NCBI GenBank assembly: GCA_030153785.1
Contig: JASKLF010000002.1
Span: 118,683-182,682, forward strand
Length of the DNA: 64,000 nt
DNA from: a bacterium
Lineage (GTDB): Bacteria > Synergistota > GBS-1
Direction: 5' to 3'
Both the position numbers and the translations under genes were made by a program. The notes below the pieces were generated by a model. The model ran no database searches. It was given only the letters and a program-made list of their open reading frames with translations, and was not told where the DNA came from. Shown in pieces: positions 18,459 through 28,398 of the stretch (within the stretch, counting starts at the first letter, position 1; every line of letters begins with the position of its first letter).

Positions 18459-18962
18459 CTATTTTGGGGAAAGCATAACACTTATGGACCATCCTTCTGC
18501 CCTTGGACCCCACTCCAGCCTACCAAGGTCTTTTGTTTCCTCTACAATTTTCATCAATATTCCTTTCCCATCCTCCGCATAACTCAACTCCCTGCCCCTA
18601 AAAATCATGGAAACCTTAACTTTATAACCATCCTGGAGAAATTCCCTTATATTCTTAAGCTTGAACCTATAATCATGCTCCTCTATTTTAGGCCTCATCC
18701 TTATCTCCTTAACCACCGCCCCCTTAGGTTTACTTTTCGATTGCTTCATCTTCTTTTTAAGCTCATAACGATACTTCCCATAATCCATAAGTCTACACAC
18801 AGGTGGATCTGCTTCTGCAGCCACTTCAACAAGGTCCAACTGTTTCTCGTTCGCTATTCTAAGAGCTTCATCGAGATCTACGATTCCAATTTGTTTTCCA
18901 TCTTCATCGATTAGCCGGACCTTTCTTGCCCTAATTTCCTCATTAATGCGATACTCCTTAAT
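18459..18962 (-). CDS. infC: Translation initiation factor IF-3 (ATT start)
   Basis: RINEEIRARKVRLI, LDLVEV, PPVCRLMDYGKY, FRGRE. SD GGAGGTG lies 6 nt before the in-frame ATT at 18962. Confidence 0.97.
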   Translation of the reverse strand: MKEYRINEEIRARKVRLIDEDGKQIGIVDLDEALRIANEKQLDLVEVAAEADPPVCRLMDYGKYRYELKKKMKQSKSKPKGAVVKEIRMRPKIEEHDYRFKLKNIREFLQDGYKVKVSMIFRGRELSYAEDGKGILMKIVEETKDLGRLEWGPRAEGWSISVMLSPK

Positions 18963-18989
18963 AACTACCACCTCCATAGAAGTTCTTAA

Positions 18990-19110
18990 ACTATTAAAGG
19001 GCAGATAGGATACACCTATCTGCCCTTTAGCTTACTCTTATCTTGTACCCTGCAAGCTAGCTATTTTCAGCCACAGGGTGAGAGGCAGATAGATGCCCCT
19101 TCTTAACGTT
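18990..19110 (-). ncRNA. L20 leader-like ribosomal protein autoregulatory RNA
   Basis: Located 5' of infC-rpmI-rplT. Contains AAGAAG...TCTCACCCTG...CAGGGT helix. An upstream CTATCTGCC (19092-19084) is complementary to the 5' arm of the terminator, forming an antiterminator. Confidence 0.8.
18995..19029 (-). terminator. Attenuator hairpin upstream of infC
   Basis: 15-bp perfect stem TAAAGGGCAGATAGG / CCTATCTGCCCTTTA with a 5-nt loop. Confidence 0.85.
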
Positions 19111-19130
19111 TTGCCCCATATTTTACTTGA

Positions 19131-19139
19131 AGTATATCA
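19131..19139 (-). promoter_or_regulatory. Extended -10 promoter for the infC operon
   Basis: TGATATACT on the minus strand just 5' of the leader. Confidence 0.55.
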
Positions 19140-19160
19140 TGAAAACATTGATAAGTAAAG

Positions 19161-19964
19161 TCAAAACAGGATACTTAAAGCCCACCTAAAGTCGTCGGGT
19201 AACTCAGCCAAAATCCGAACATACTCTTTAGTAAAAGGGTGTTCAAAAGATAGCTCTTCACAATGGATCATGGCACGTGGCACTTTCCTTACAAGTTCTT
19301 CCTTAATCTTGCCTCTCCTATATAACTTTTCCCCCACTACAGGATGACCGATCTGAGAAAGGTGAACCCTTATTTGATGTTTCCTACCAGTTAATATGCG
19401 AGCCTCCAAGAGTGAAGCTATCTTATTCCTTTTTAAAACCTTAAAAATGGAAAGAGCATCTCTTCCATAAACTGGAGAGCTAACACTAAACGAATCTCTT
19501 TCTATATTCCCTTCAGCTATTACCTTGTAAACTTTGACAATTTGTCTCTTCCTAAAAAGTTCTTTAAATTTTTCAAAAATACCTTCCTCCTTCGCAAACA
19601 AAACGGCTCCCGTTGTTTCGGAATCTAATCTATGAATAGCCCTAACCCTTTTCCCTTTCTTATTTAGAAGAGCTTCAAGACTATCGGGAGAGCCATTTGT
19701 CTGCAAAAAGGGAGGTTTTGAAACAGCAAGAATATAGTCATCTTCAAACAAAATATCATATGAAAGGTTGGGTTTCCCAAAAATAACCTCTACCACATTT
19801 CCCCATGAAAGGGAAAAATTTGCTTTAAAGATCCTTTCTTTATCAACATAAACCCAACCCCTATCTATAATCCTCTTTACCGCCCGTCCTGAAAGGCCAA
19901 GCTTTTCTTTTAAAAAAGACCTCAAAACAGAGGGTTGATCCACGGTAAACTTTAAAAAATCCAA
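19161..19964 (-). CDS. RluA/RluD family pseudouridine synthase
   Basis: N-terminal S4-like domain, HRLDSETTG, LTGRKHQIRVHL, IGHPVVGE. Confidence 0.93.
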   Translation of the reverse strand: MDFLKFTVDQPSVLRSFLKEKLGLSGRAVKRIIDRGWVYVDKERIFKANFSLSWGNVVEVIFGKPNLSYDILFEDDYILAVSKPPFLQTNGSPDSLEALLNKKGKRVRAIHRLDSETTGAVLFAKEEGIFEKFKELFRKRQIVKVYKVIAEGNIERDSFSVSSPVYGRDALSIFKVLKRNKIASLLEARILTGRKHQIRVHLSQIGHPVVGEKLYRRGKIKEELVRKVPRAMIHCEELSFEHPFTKEYVRILAELPDDFRWALSILF

Positions 19965-19966
19965 CT

Positions 19967-21862
19967 TTACTTAAAACTGTTCTTCCTTTCCTCTAACATT
20001 TTCAGAAACTCCTCTATGGTATAGCTACCTATATCTCCTTCCTTCCTTTCCCTAATCGAAACCCTACCCTCGTTTACTTCCTTGTCCCCTATTATAACCA
20101 TATAAGGTACCTTCTCCAATTGAGCTCCTCTTATCTTGTATCCTAACTTTTCACTTCTATCGTCTAACTCCACCCTGTAATTTCTTTGAAGCAAAATCTC
20201 AAAAACTTTTTTAGCAAAAGGTATATGAGCCTCCCCAATCGTAAGTATTTTTACCTGAACGGGCGCAAGCCACAGGGGAAAAGCACCAGCATAATGCTCT
20301 ATTAGTATACCAAAAAATCTCTCCAAGCTACCATAGATAACCCTGTGAAGCATAACCGGTCTATATCTTTCTCCATCAGGACCAACATAAGTCACATCGA
20401 ACTTTTCAGGGATAAGAAAGTCAAGCTGAATTGTCCCACACTGCCAGGTTCTTCCTATGCAATCTTTAAGAAGAAAATCTATTTTGGGACCATAAAATGC
20501 CCCTTCTCCTTCTCGTATACTGTAGGGTATTGAAAGCTCTTCCAGGGTATCCCTCAGAGCGTTAGTAGCTTTCTCCCATATCTCTTCAGGCCCCATAGCT
20601 TTTTCAGGTTTCGTGCTTAAAACAACAGAATAATCAAAACCGAAAATATCTTTATAGAAATGGTCAGCAAGCTTTATGATACTTTCTATTTCGCTTTTTA
20701 TTTGATCAGGGGTGCAAAATATATGAGCATCATCTTGAGTAAAAGACCTAACTCTCATTAGCCCGTGGAGAACACCCGACCTTTCATGCCTATGAACTAT
20801 TCCCAGCTCAGCTAAGCGAAGAGGTAAATCCCTATAACTTTTTATACCTTCCTTGAAAACAATAATAGCCCCTGGACAATTCATCGGCTTTACAGCATAA
20901 TCCTTATCATCTATTTTTGTAAAATACATGTTCTCCTTATAATGATCCCAGTGACCCGACCTTTCCCAAAGCTCCTTAGATAGAATGAGAGGCGTCCTAA
21001 TCTCCTTATAACCGGCTTTTCGGTGCTCTTTTCTCCAAAAATCTATAAGTTCGTTTAATATAATCATGCCCTTAGGGTGAAAGAATGGAAAACCTGGGCC
21101 TTCCTCATGAAGACTAAAGAGATCAAGCTCCTTCCCTAACCTCCTGTGGTCCCTCTTTTTAGCTTCTTCAATTCTGGTTAAGTACTCTTCAAGAGCTTCT
21201 TTGGTCGGAAAAGCTGTACCGTAGATTCTCTGAAGCATTGGATTTTTTTCGTCTCCTCTCCAGTAAGCCCCTGCCACACTCAAAAGTTTGAAATGCTTAA
21301 CATACCCCGTAGAAGGCAAATGAGGACCTGCACACAAATCCACAAACTCTCCCTGCTTATAAAAGCTAACATTCTCATCAGGTATCTCATCAAGCAATTC
21401 AAGCTTATAGGGTTCTTCTTTAAGAATCTCCCTGGCCTCAGCTTTAGTCTTAATCTCTCTTATTATTGGATAGTCCGCCTCTACTATTTTCTTCATTTCC
21501 TCTTCAATTCTCTCCAAGTCTTCAGGAGAAAACCCTTCAGGATAATCAAAATCGTAGTAAAAACCATTTTCTATCGCAGGCCCTATGCCTAACTTAACAC
21601 TTGGGAACAACCTCTTTACAGCTTGAGCCATAACATGGGATGCTGTATGCCAAAAAGCCTTTTGAGAAAGGGGGTGAGAAAAGTCCAAAAACCTTACTTC
21701 ACAATTTTCTACCAAGGGGTAAGTGAGCTCCACTGTAGCTCCATTCACCTCTGCCATGAAAACATCCTTTAATCCTAACAACTTGGCCACATCAACAAGC
21801 GCAGTACCCTCGGGAATTTCCACCACTCGATCATTAACCTTTATTCGCAACATTATCACCAT
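19967..21862 (-). CDS. thrS: Threonine-tRNA ligase
   Basis: HTASHVMAQAV, DLCAGPH, RDHRRLG, KPMNCP, GAFYGPKID, WQCGTIQLDF, GSLERF. Confidence 0.99.
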   Translation of the reverse strand: MVIMLRIKVNDRVVEIPEGTALVDVAKLLGLKDVFMAEVNGATVELTYPLVENCEVRFLDFSHPLSQKAFWHTASHVMAQAVKRLFPSVKLGIGPAIENGFYYDFDYPEGFSPEDLERIEEEMKKIVEADYPIIREIKTKAEAREILKEEPYKLELLDEIPDENVSFYKQGEFVDLCAGPHLPSTGYVKHFKLLSVAGAYWRGDEKNPMLQRIYGTAFPTKEALEEYLTRIEEAKKRDHRRLGKELDLFSLHEEGPGFPFFHPKGMIILNELIDFWRKEHRKAGYKEIRTPLILSKELWERSGHWDHYKENMYFTKIDDKDYAVKPMNCPGAIIVFKEGIKSYRDLPLRLAELGIVHRHERSGVLHGLMRVRSFTQDDAHIFCTPDQIKSEIESIIKLADHFYKDIFGFDYSVVLSTKPEKAMGPEEIWEKATNALRDTLEELSIPYSIREGEGAFYGPKIDFLLKDCIGRTWQCGTIQLDFLIPEKFDVTYVGPDGERYRPVMLHRVIYGSLERFFGILIEHYAGAFPLWLAPVQVKILTIGEAHIPFAKKVFEILLQRNYRVELDDRSEKLGYKIRGAQLEKVPYMVIIGDKEVNEGRVSIRERKEGDIGSYTIEEFLKMLEERKNSFK

Positions 21863-21868
21863 CTCCTT

Positions 21869-23116
21869 TTAAACTTTGTTTACTTCCTTAAAACTTAAAG
21901 CTCTCGTATGTTTAGTATGAGACCATTGCCTTACCCTAACGGTTAAAAGAGCTTGAACTACTAAAGGGATCCAGGTCAAGCTCCACAAAACCAAATAAAC
22001 CATATATGGGAATGCTTTAATGGGAACCCTCTCCTGAAGTAATGCCAAAAACGGATAGAGCCATATCCACAAAGAAACAGCAAACCAAAACCAAAAAGGT
22101 AAAACCCCCGGATATGGAAGAGAAACCACATTAACATCTGAAACGTGAGAAAGAAAGAGAAAAAGAAGAATAAGACCTCCCAAGAGGATCCTTAACGGGG
22201 ATATGGCATAAAAGAACATATCGAGCATAAAAAGCTTTCCTTCCAAAAATGTCTTTTTCAAAAGTGAAAGACCATATTTTAGGGCCACACTCCAGTGCCC
22301 TCTCATCCATCTAAGCCGTTGATTCCAAGAATCTCTAAAAGTAAGCGGTTTCTCATCGTACACTTTAACATCATGAAGCCATCCAATCTTAATTCCTGCT
22401 AAATTAAGCTTCACGGTGAGCTCAAGGTCTTCTGTGAGCGAGGTTAAACCTAAAGCATACTTCTCTAATAAATCTATCGAAATAGCAAAACCCGTTCCCC
22501 CAAGCACGGCAGAAAAACCAACCCTGTACCTTGCAAGCTGAAAAACCCTATTGGATATCCAATAACCCAACGCATACGCTTTAGTTATCCAACTATCAAA
22601 AGGGTTTTTGGTGTCCAAATAGCATTGAACCACCTTCTCACCTGAAAGTATCTTTTCATTAACTCGGTTAAGGAAGTTAAGAGAAACCAAGTTATCAGCA
22701 TCAAAAACACAAACGGCGTCATACTTGCCTTCCTTTATAATCCTTCTAAAAGCCCAGTCAAGGGCATATTGCTTTCCCCTTTTACTTGGCTCTCGTCTCT
22801 CCCACACAATGGCTCCAGCCTCTTTAGCTAACTTGGCTGTATTATCGTTACAATTATCAGCAATAACTATAACCTCATAAAACCCCTTAGGATATTCAAG
22901 CTCCTTCAAGTTATTAATGAGGTTTTCTATAACGCTTTCCTCATCATGAGCAGGAATTAAAACAGCGAACTTTAAATATTTTTTAAAGGCCCCCTCTTCT
23001 TTTCTCCTCCATGGAAAAAGACCAATCGTATAGATAAAAAGATAGTACCCTCCTAAAAGAGCAGTAAAGACTTGAACACACAAAAAGAGATAAAAGTAAA
23101 GGTTCTTCTCCATCAT
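21869..23116 (-). CDS. Processive-type glycosyltransferase family 2 membrane protein
   Basis: IPAHDEE, ADNCND, FDADN (DxD), LTEDLE, QRLRW (QxxRW), flanking TM helices. Confidence 0.92.
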   Translation of the reverse strand: MMEKNLYFYLFLCVQVFTALLGGYYLFIYTIGLFPWRRKEEGAFKKYLKFAVLIPAHDEESVIENLINNLKELEYPKGFYEVIVIADNCNDNTAKLAKEAGAIVWERREPSKRGKQYALDWAFRRIIKEGKYDAVCVFDADNLVSLNFLNRVNEKILSGEKVVQCYLDTKNPFDSWITKAYALGYWISNRVFQLARYRVGFSAVLGGTGFAISIDLLEKYALGLTSLTEDLELTVKLNLAGIKIGWLHDVKVYDEKPLTFRDSWNQRLRWMRGHWSVALKYGLSLLKKTFLEGKLFMLDMFFYAISPLRILLGGLILLFLFLSHVSDVNVVSLPYPGVLPFWFWFAVSLWIWLYPFLALLQERVPIKAFPYMVYLVLWSLTWIPLVVQALLTVRVRQWSHTKHTRALSFKEVNKV

Positions 23117-24546
23117 TTCCCCTTGATATAAGACAAGACCTCTTGAACCCTGCGAAGAGCCTCCTTGATACCAATAAGTTCTATAATATAGTAAAGCTCT
23201 GGACCAGACCTCCTCCCTGTTATAGCAACTCTCAATGGAAACAATACCTTTCCCCTTTTAAGACCAACCTTTGAAACCACTTCTTTTAAAAGCTCCCAAA
23301 TTTCCGAAGAAGAAACTTCTTTATATTTAAAAGGATAAAAGACTTCAAGAAAAGCCTCAAGGATCTTCGGAACATCCTCGCCCTCCAATACTTCCTCTAC
23401 ATCAGAAGAAAATGGAAGGGAAAATCTTATTAAAGGCAAGGCCTCTTCTACCATCTCCCTTAGAGTAGATGTATGCTCTCTATACACAAAAACAACCTTT
23501 TTAAGCCACTCTTCATTCATCGAAAAGCCTTTTTCCAAAAAGAACGGTAGAGAATACTCATAAATCTTCTCAAGAGGAAGGGATCTCATATAATGTCCAT
23601 TCATCCATGTTAGCTTGCCTATATCGAATACAGCTGGACTCTTAGAAAGCCTATCCAAGGAGAATGCCTCTATCATTTCCTCCATAGAAAATATCTCTCT
23701 ATCATCAGGAGAAGACCAGCCCAGTAAAAGCAGATAATTATTCATAGCCTCGGGAATATAGCCATCTCTCCGATATTGGGAAATAGCAACAGCACCATGC
23801 CTCTTGCTTAGCTTGCTCCTGTCAGGACCTAAAATCATAGAAACATGAGCAAATTGAGGTGGCTTCCAGCCAAAAGCCTCATATAAAAGGAGTTGCTTCG
23901 GGGTATTAGCTATATGTTCATCCGCCCTTATTACATGGGTTATTCCCATGTAATGGTCATCTATCACAACGGCGAAGTTATATGTTGGAATACCATCTGA
24001 CCTCATTATAACAAAATCTCCTATATCTGCAAGGGAAAACTTAAAATGACCTCTGACTATATCCTCGAAGGTTATCTCACCATCGCCGGGAACCTTAAAT
24101 CTTATAGCAGGCTTCCTCCCCTCCTTCTCAAACCTTTCTCTTTCCTCCTCAGAGAGATCCCTGCATCTCCCGTTATATCTGGGAGCTATTCCTTTTAATA
24201 GCATTTCCTCTCGCATCTCTTCAATTTCAGATTCAGTGCAGTAACACTTATAAGCAAGCCCCCTTTTCAAGAGATCTAAAGCATGCTCTTTATAAAGCGA
24301 TAATCTCTCGGTTTGACGATACGGCCCCTCGTCCCATAAAAGTCCCAGCCACTCAAGGTCTTCCATAATTGCCTTTTCAGCCTCCAGGGTAGAGCGTTCC
24401 CTATCAGTATCTTCTATTCTGAGAATAAAGGTCCCCTTCATCTTCTTTGCGAACAAATAATTGTAAAGAGCTGTTCTAGCTCCTCCCACATGTAAAAACC
24501 CTGTAGGACTGGGAGCAAACCTTACCCTAACATCCACAAAGCTCAC
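23113..24546 (-). CDS. gltX: Glutamate-tRNA ligase
   Basis: RFAPSPTGFLHVGG, LRIEDTD, YNFAVVIDD, KLSKR. Confidence 0.98.
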   Translation of the reverse strand: MSFVDVRVRFAPSPTGFLHVGGARTALYNYLFAKKMKGTFILRIEDTDRERSTLEAEKAIMEDLEWLGLLWDEGPYRQTERLSLYKEHALDLLKRGLAYKCYCTESEIEEMREEMLLKGIAPRYNGRCRDLSEEERERFEKEGRKPAIRFKVPGDGEITFEDIVRGHFKFSLADIGDFVIMRSDGIPTYNFAVVIDDHYMGITHVIRADEHIANTPKQLLLYEAFGWKPPQFAHVSMILGPDRSKLSKRHGAVAISQYRRDGYIPEAMNNYLLLLGWSSPDDREIFSMEEMIEAFSLDRLSKSPAVFDIGKLTWMNGHYMRSLPLEKIYEYSLPFFLEKGFSMNEEWLKKVVFVYREHTSTLREMVEEALPLIRFSLPFSSDVEEVLEGEDVPKILEAFLEVFYPFKYKEVSSSEIWELLKEVVSKVGLKRGKVLFPLRVAITGRRSGPELYYIIELIGIKEALRRVQEVLSYIKGK

Positions 24547-25289
24547 CTCTTTCCTCCAAAACGATCATCCCACTGTATAACTTCTACCCTAACCTTCGCA
24601 AGTCCTCGGTTTTTCATTTGCAAAACTTCAGCTGCCGCAGTAGACAAATCTATTATCCTACCTTTAACATACGGCCCCCTATCTACAATTCTAACTATGA
24701 CCCACCGCCCCGTCTTAAGATCCGTAACCTTGACCAAGGAATTAAAAGGTAATGTCTTCGACGCTGCTACGAGCTTTCTATCCCAATAGATTTCCCCACT
24801 TGCGGTTCTCCTATTATTCCATTCACTACCATACCAGGAAGCAATGCCCTCCATAACCCTTGGATATGAAGTATTACGAGACCAAAGCCTATAAGATTGA
24901 AGCATCGCCATACCATCACAAAGGTTATTTAACCATACAGCTGCTAAATGAAAAGTAGTAGTGTTGTTGGCTTTAGCCTCTTCCTCGGAAACTCTAAGAA
25001 TCTCTTCATCTCCATATTTAATAACATGATCAGATTTTATGCCTACAATCTGGAAATCTCTAAACAGAAACCCTTTTCGCCAAAGAAGATTAATCTTCTC
25101 TACAAACTGGCGAGCCCTTTCCTGAGGGTCACGCGTCCTCAACCTCATAATGGTTTTACCCACAAACTTAACCTCTGCTATACCATCCCTGTTAACTTCA
25201 TACCAACAGGGGAAATTTTGTCCATAAGCTATCCCTGCAAACAAGAGGCATATCAAAAAACCGAAAAGAAATCCACATCTTCTAACCAT
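24543..25289 (-). CDS. rlpA: RlpA family lytic transglycosylase with N-terminal extension
   Basis: Signal peptide; GIASWYG, RTASGE, AASKTLPF, RIVDRGPYVKGRIIDLS. Confidence 0.88.
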   Translation of the reverse strand: MVRRCGFLFGFLICLLFAGIAYGQNFPCWYEVNRDGIAEVKFVGKTIMRLRTRDPQERARQFVEKINLLWRKGFLFRDFQIVGIKSDHVIKYGDEEILRVSEEEAKANNTTTFHLAAVWLNNLCDGMAMLQSYRLWSRNTSYPRVMEGIASWYGSEWNNRRTASGEIYWDRKLVAASKTLPFNSLVKVTDLKTGRWVIVRIVDRGPYVKGRIIDLSTAAAEVLQMKNRGLAKVRVEVIQWDDRFGGKR

Positions 25290-25764
25290 TTTTCTTCACC
25301 ACCCTCGCAAGAGTTATCGCAGCAATGCCTTCTTTCCTTCCTAAAGCTCCCAGTCCTTCAGGGCTAACAGCCTTTATGCTCACCTTGTCTATACTCAGAG
25401 CAAGCATTTTAGATATTTTCTCCCTCATTAAAGGGATAAACGGCTTTAAACGCGGATCCTCAGCAACAATGGTAATATCAACTTGAAAAGGAATATACCC
25501 TTCCTTCCCGATAATATCCAAAACCCTACTTAACAAAATCTCACTCCTTACATCCTTGTAAGTGGGATCCCCCGGAGGGAAATAATCTCCTATATCCCCC
25601 AACGCTAAGGCCCCAAGCAAAGCATCACAAAGGGAATGAATAACAACATCAGCATCCGAATGTCCAGACAGCCCTTTGTGATACTCTATCTCAATTCCGC
25701 CCAAAAACAGCTTTCTTCCAGAAACAAGTGGATGTACGTCGTATCCAAGTCCAATTCTATCCAT
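25282..25764 (-). CDS. ispF: 2-C-methyl-D-erythritol 2,4-cyclodiphosphate synthase
   Basis: RIGLGYDVH, GHSDADVVIH, DALLGALALGDIG. Confidence 0.97.
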   Translation of the reverse strand: MDRIGLGYDVHPLVSGRKLFLGGIEIEYHKGLSGHSDADVVIHSLCDALLGALALGDIGDYFPPGDPTYKDVRSEILLSRVLDIIGKEGYIPFQVDITIVAEDPRLKPFIPLMREKISKMLALSIDKVSIKAVSPEGLGALGRKEGIAAITLARVVKKNG

Positions 25765-25768
25765 ATCA

Positions 25769-26884
25769 CTACTTAGCTATCCTTTTTATTCTACCAAAAA
25801 TCATCCTTCCAGCCGCTGTTTGAAGGACGCTCGTAACTTGAAGCTCTACAACCCTACCTATATGAGCCTTTCCTTCTTCAACTACAACCATTGTTCCATC
25901 ATCAAGATAACCAACTCCCTGATCCACTTCCTTCCCTTCTCTTATAATCTGAACAACCAGCTCTTCTCCAGGTAGAACTAACGGTTTTAAAGCGTTAGCA
26001 AGCTCATTTATATTCAAGACTTTAACTCCTTCGATGTTAGCAACCTTATTTAAATTATAATCAGTGGTGAGAATCTCTGCATTAAGCTTTTTAGCAAGAG
26101 CTATTAGCTTTTCATCCACGTTCTTACCTTCGACATCTTCCTCGTATATCTTGACCTTATCCTTTCCCTCTTTTTGCAACTTCGTTAATATGTCGAGTCC
26201 TCGTCTACCACGACTTCTTTTCATGGGATCCGTCGAATCAGCAACATACTGAAGTTCATTCAACACAAATCTGGGAATAAGAAGAGGTCCTTCAATAAAT
26301 CCTGTTTTATAAATATCAAGTATTCTACCATCTATTATAACGCTGGTATCCAGTATCTTTGGACAAGGCGCTTCCCCTGTAAAGCTTTCTTTCTTGGAAG
26401 ATTTTAAAGAGAGTCTATCTTTCAGGCGCGGTATGGCCCCCAAAATTACCATTATTTCCTCTTTCTTCCTCAACGCAAGTCCTACACCGAGATATCCGAA
26501 GATTATATTAAGTATCAAAGGAAAATATTCTCCCACTATGGGGATAGGAGTTAAAGAAACCGCTAAGAGATTGGCAACTACAAGGCCTAAAATCAAACCC
26601 AACAAACCTATTCCTATGTCTACAGCAGGTAGTTTTTGCAAATCACTTTCTACACTGCTTACTACCTTAAGTATTGCCCTTATTATACTTGGAGACAATA
26701 TATACATTATGAAACCACCGATAACGGTAACAGCACCTACGAGACTCATCTTAGCTACTGGCGTCAAAGGGTAATCAATATACCTCAAAACATATGGACT
26801 AACCTGGTAGCCTATGCCTAACCCCAAAACAACAAAAATAGCTTGAAGAAGCCTTTCTACAAGGTGAACCTGCCTATCCGGCAC
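25769..26884 (-). CDS. Membrane PIN/TRAM domain protein (YacL-like)
   Basis: N-terminal TM helices, KILDTSVIIDGRI, RGRRGLD, TTDYNLNKVA, QGVGYLDDGTMVVVE, SVLQTAAGRMIF. Confidence 0.95.
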   Translation of the reverse strand: MPDRQVHLVERLLQAIFVVLGLGIGYQVSPYVLRYIDYPLTPVAKMSLVGAVTVIGGFIMYILSPSIIRAILKVVSSVESDLQKLPAVDIGIGLLGLILGLVVANLLAVSLTPIPIVGEYFPLILNIIFGYLGVGLALRKKEEIMVILGAIPRLKDRLSLKSSKKESFTGEAPCPKILDTSVIIDGRILDIYKTGFIEGPLLIPRFVLNELQYVADSTDPMKRSRGRRGLDILTKLQKEGKDKVKIYEEDVEGKNVDEKLIALAKKLNAEILTTDYNLNKVANIEGVKVLNINELANALKPLVLPGEELVVQIIREGKEVDQGVGYLDDGTMVVVEEGKAHIGRVVELQVTSVLQTAAGRMIFGRIKRIAK

Positions 26885-26887
26885 TAT

Positions 26888-27493
26888 TTACACCCCCTCA
26901 ACTTCTCTCCTCCCCTCGAAGGCCTTAGTCAAGGTAAGACTATCAGCCATATCTACGTTACCACCTATGGGAATACCAAAGGCCAACTGTGTTATCTTTA
27001 CCTTAAAAGGCTTAAGAAGGTCAATGATATAAAACATGGTAGTATCTCCCTCCACACTCGGATCCAAAGCTAAGATAACCTCTTTTACATTGCCACTTTT
27101 AACTCTCTCAATAAGCCCTTGAACATTTAGGTCTTCAGGACCTATACCTTCAGAAAAAGATATCAACCCTCCCAAGACATGGTAAACCCCCTTATAAAAG
27201 GAGGCTCTCTCGATACTTAAAAGATCCAGAATATCCTCAACAACACAAATTACAGATTTATCACGTCCAATATCAGAACATATACCGCAAGGATCGGTAT
27301 CGCTCAGAGCACCGCAAAGGGAACATGGTCTCAAGTTCTCCCTAACATCAACCAGAAGAGAGGCAATTCTCCTCACCTTTGCAGGGCTTTCCTTAAGCAG
27401 GTGAAATATTATTCTTTGTGAGCTTTTTTCCCCCAAACCCGGGAGCTCACTTAAAAGAGCTAACAGCTCTTTCAAAGATTTGGCTAAAACCAA
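26888..27493 (-). CDS. recR: Recombination mediator RecR
   Basis: LPGLGEKS HhH, zinc finger CSLC...CGIC, YHVLGG, Toprim EGDTT. Confidence 0.96.
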   Translation of the reverse strand: MVLAKSLKELLALLSELPGLGEKSSQRIIFHLLKESPAKVRRIASLLVDVRENLRPCSLCGALSDTDPCGICSDIGRDKSVICVVEDILDLLSIERASFYKGVYHVLGGLISFSEGIGPEDLNVQGLIERVKSGNVKEVILALDPSVEGDTTMFYIIDLLKPFKVKITQLAFGIPIGGNVDMADSLTLTKAFEGRREVEGV

Positions 27494-27783
27494 GGAAGTT
27501 TCATACCTCCTAAGAGACTGCCCATCCTGCTCATAGCAAGTTCTCTTGCCTTTTTAAGGGCATCATTAGTAGCCGCAACGATCAGATCTGATAACATCTC
27601 AACATCATCGGGATTTAAAACCTCAGGTTCTATATGAACTTCAAGGATTTCCTGTTGACCATTAGCTATAACTCTAACCATTCCTCCCCCCGCTGATCCC
27701 TCAACTCGCTGGGAAGCCAATTCTTCCTGTATCTTTAAGACTCTCTCCTGAAGCTGTTTTAGCATTCTCCCATCCACAGACAA
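27484..27783 (-). CDS. ybaB: YbaB/EbfC nucleoid-associated protein
   Basis: [27 protein letters not shown]; directly upstream of recR. Confidence 0.95.
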   Translation of the reverse strand: MSVDGRMLKQLQERVLKIQEELASQRVEGSAGGGMVRVIANGQQEILEVHIEPEVLNPDDVEMLSDLIVAATNDALKKARELAMSRMGSLLGGMKLPWF

Positions 27784-27791
27784 ACACCCCC

Positions 27792-28238
27792 TTAATAATG
27801 GTATGGCTCTCCTCTCATGACCTTAAAAGCCCTATATATTTGTTCAACCAAAATAAGACGAGCAAGCTCATGGGTAAAGGTTAATCTCGAAAGAGACCAA
27901 ACATCGATGGCCTTTCTCTTAACCTCTTCAGAAAGTCCTTTAACTCCACCTAAAACGAAAACCGGTTCCCTCCCATGAAGGAAGATACTTTCCAGTTCCT
28001 TTGAAAAATCCAGCGAAGATAAAAGCCTTCCCTTCTCATCTAATGCTATAAAGGAACAATCTCCCCTTATAGCCCTAAAAATATTATCCCCTTCCTTTAA
28101 TGGATCCCCCACTTCTTCAACTTCATTAACTAATACTTTACAAAAAGGTTTTAACCTCTTGAGATATTCATTTATGGCCTCCTTATAAAACCTCTGTTTT
28201 ATTCTACCAACCGCAATAATCTTCACCCTATAAGCCAT
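27792..28238 (-). CDS. rlmH: 23S rRNA pseudouridine-1915 N3-methyltransferase
   Basis: [47 protein letters not shown]-terminal YHY. Confidence 0.95.
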   Translation of the reverse strand: MAYRVKIIAVGRIKQRFYKEAINEYLKRLKPFCKVLVNEVEEVGDPLKEGDNIFRAIRGDCSFIALDEKGRLLSSLDFSKELESIFLHGREPVFVLGGVKGLSEEVKRKAIDVWSLSRLTFTHELARLILVEQIYRAFKVMRGEPYHY

Positions 28239-28398
28239 CCTTAACAATTAGCCTCTTTAACCTCTCCCTAGCTATCCATACCTCCCTTCCACACTTAACA
28301 CATTTAAGCCTGAAGTCTATCCCCTCCCTTAAAACCTTCCACTCATTATTACCACAAGGGTGAGGCTTTTTCAACCTAATGATATCTCCCACCTTCAT
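28228..28398 (-). CDS. DUF951 (YyzM-like) small Cys-containing protein, 56 aa, missed by the ORF track
   Basis: Hand translation [60 protein letters not shown] overlap with the upstream gene's stop. Confidence 0.9.
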   Translation of the reverse strand: MKVGDIIRLKKPHPCGNNEWKVLREGIDFRLKCVKCGREVWIARERLKRLIVKDGL

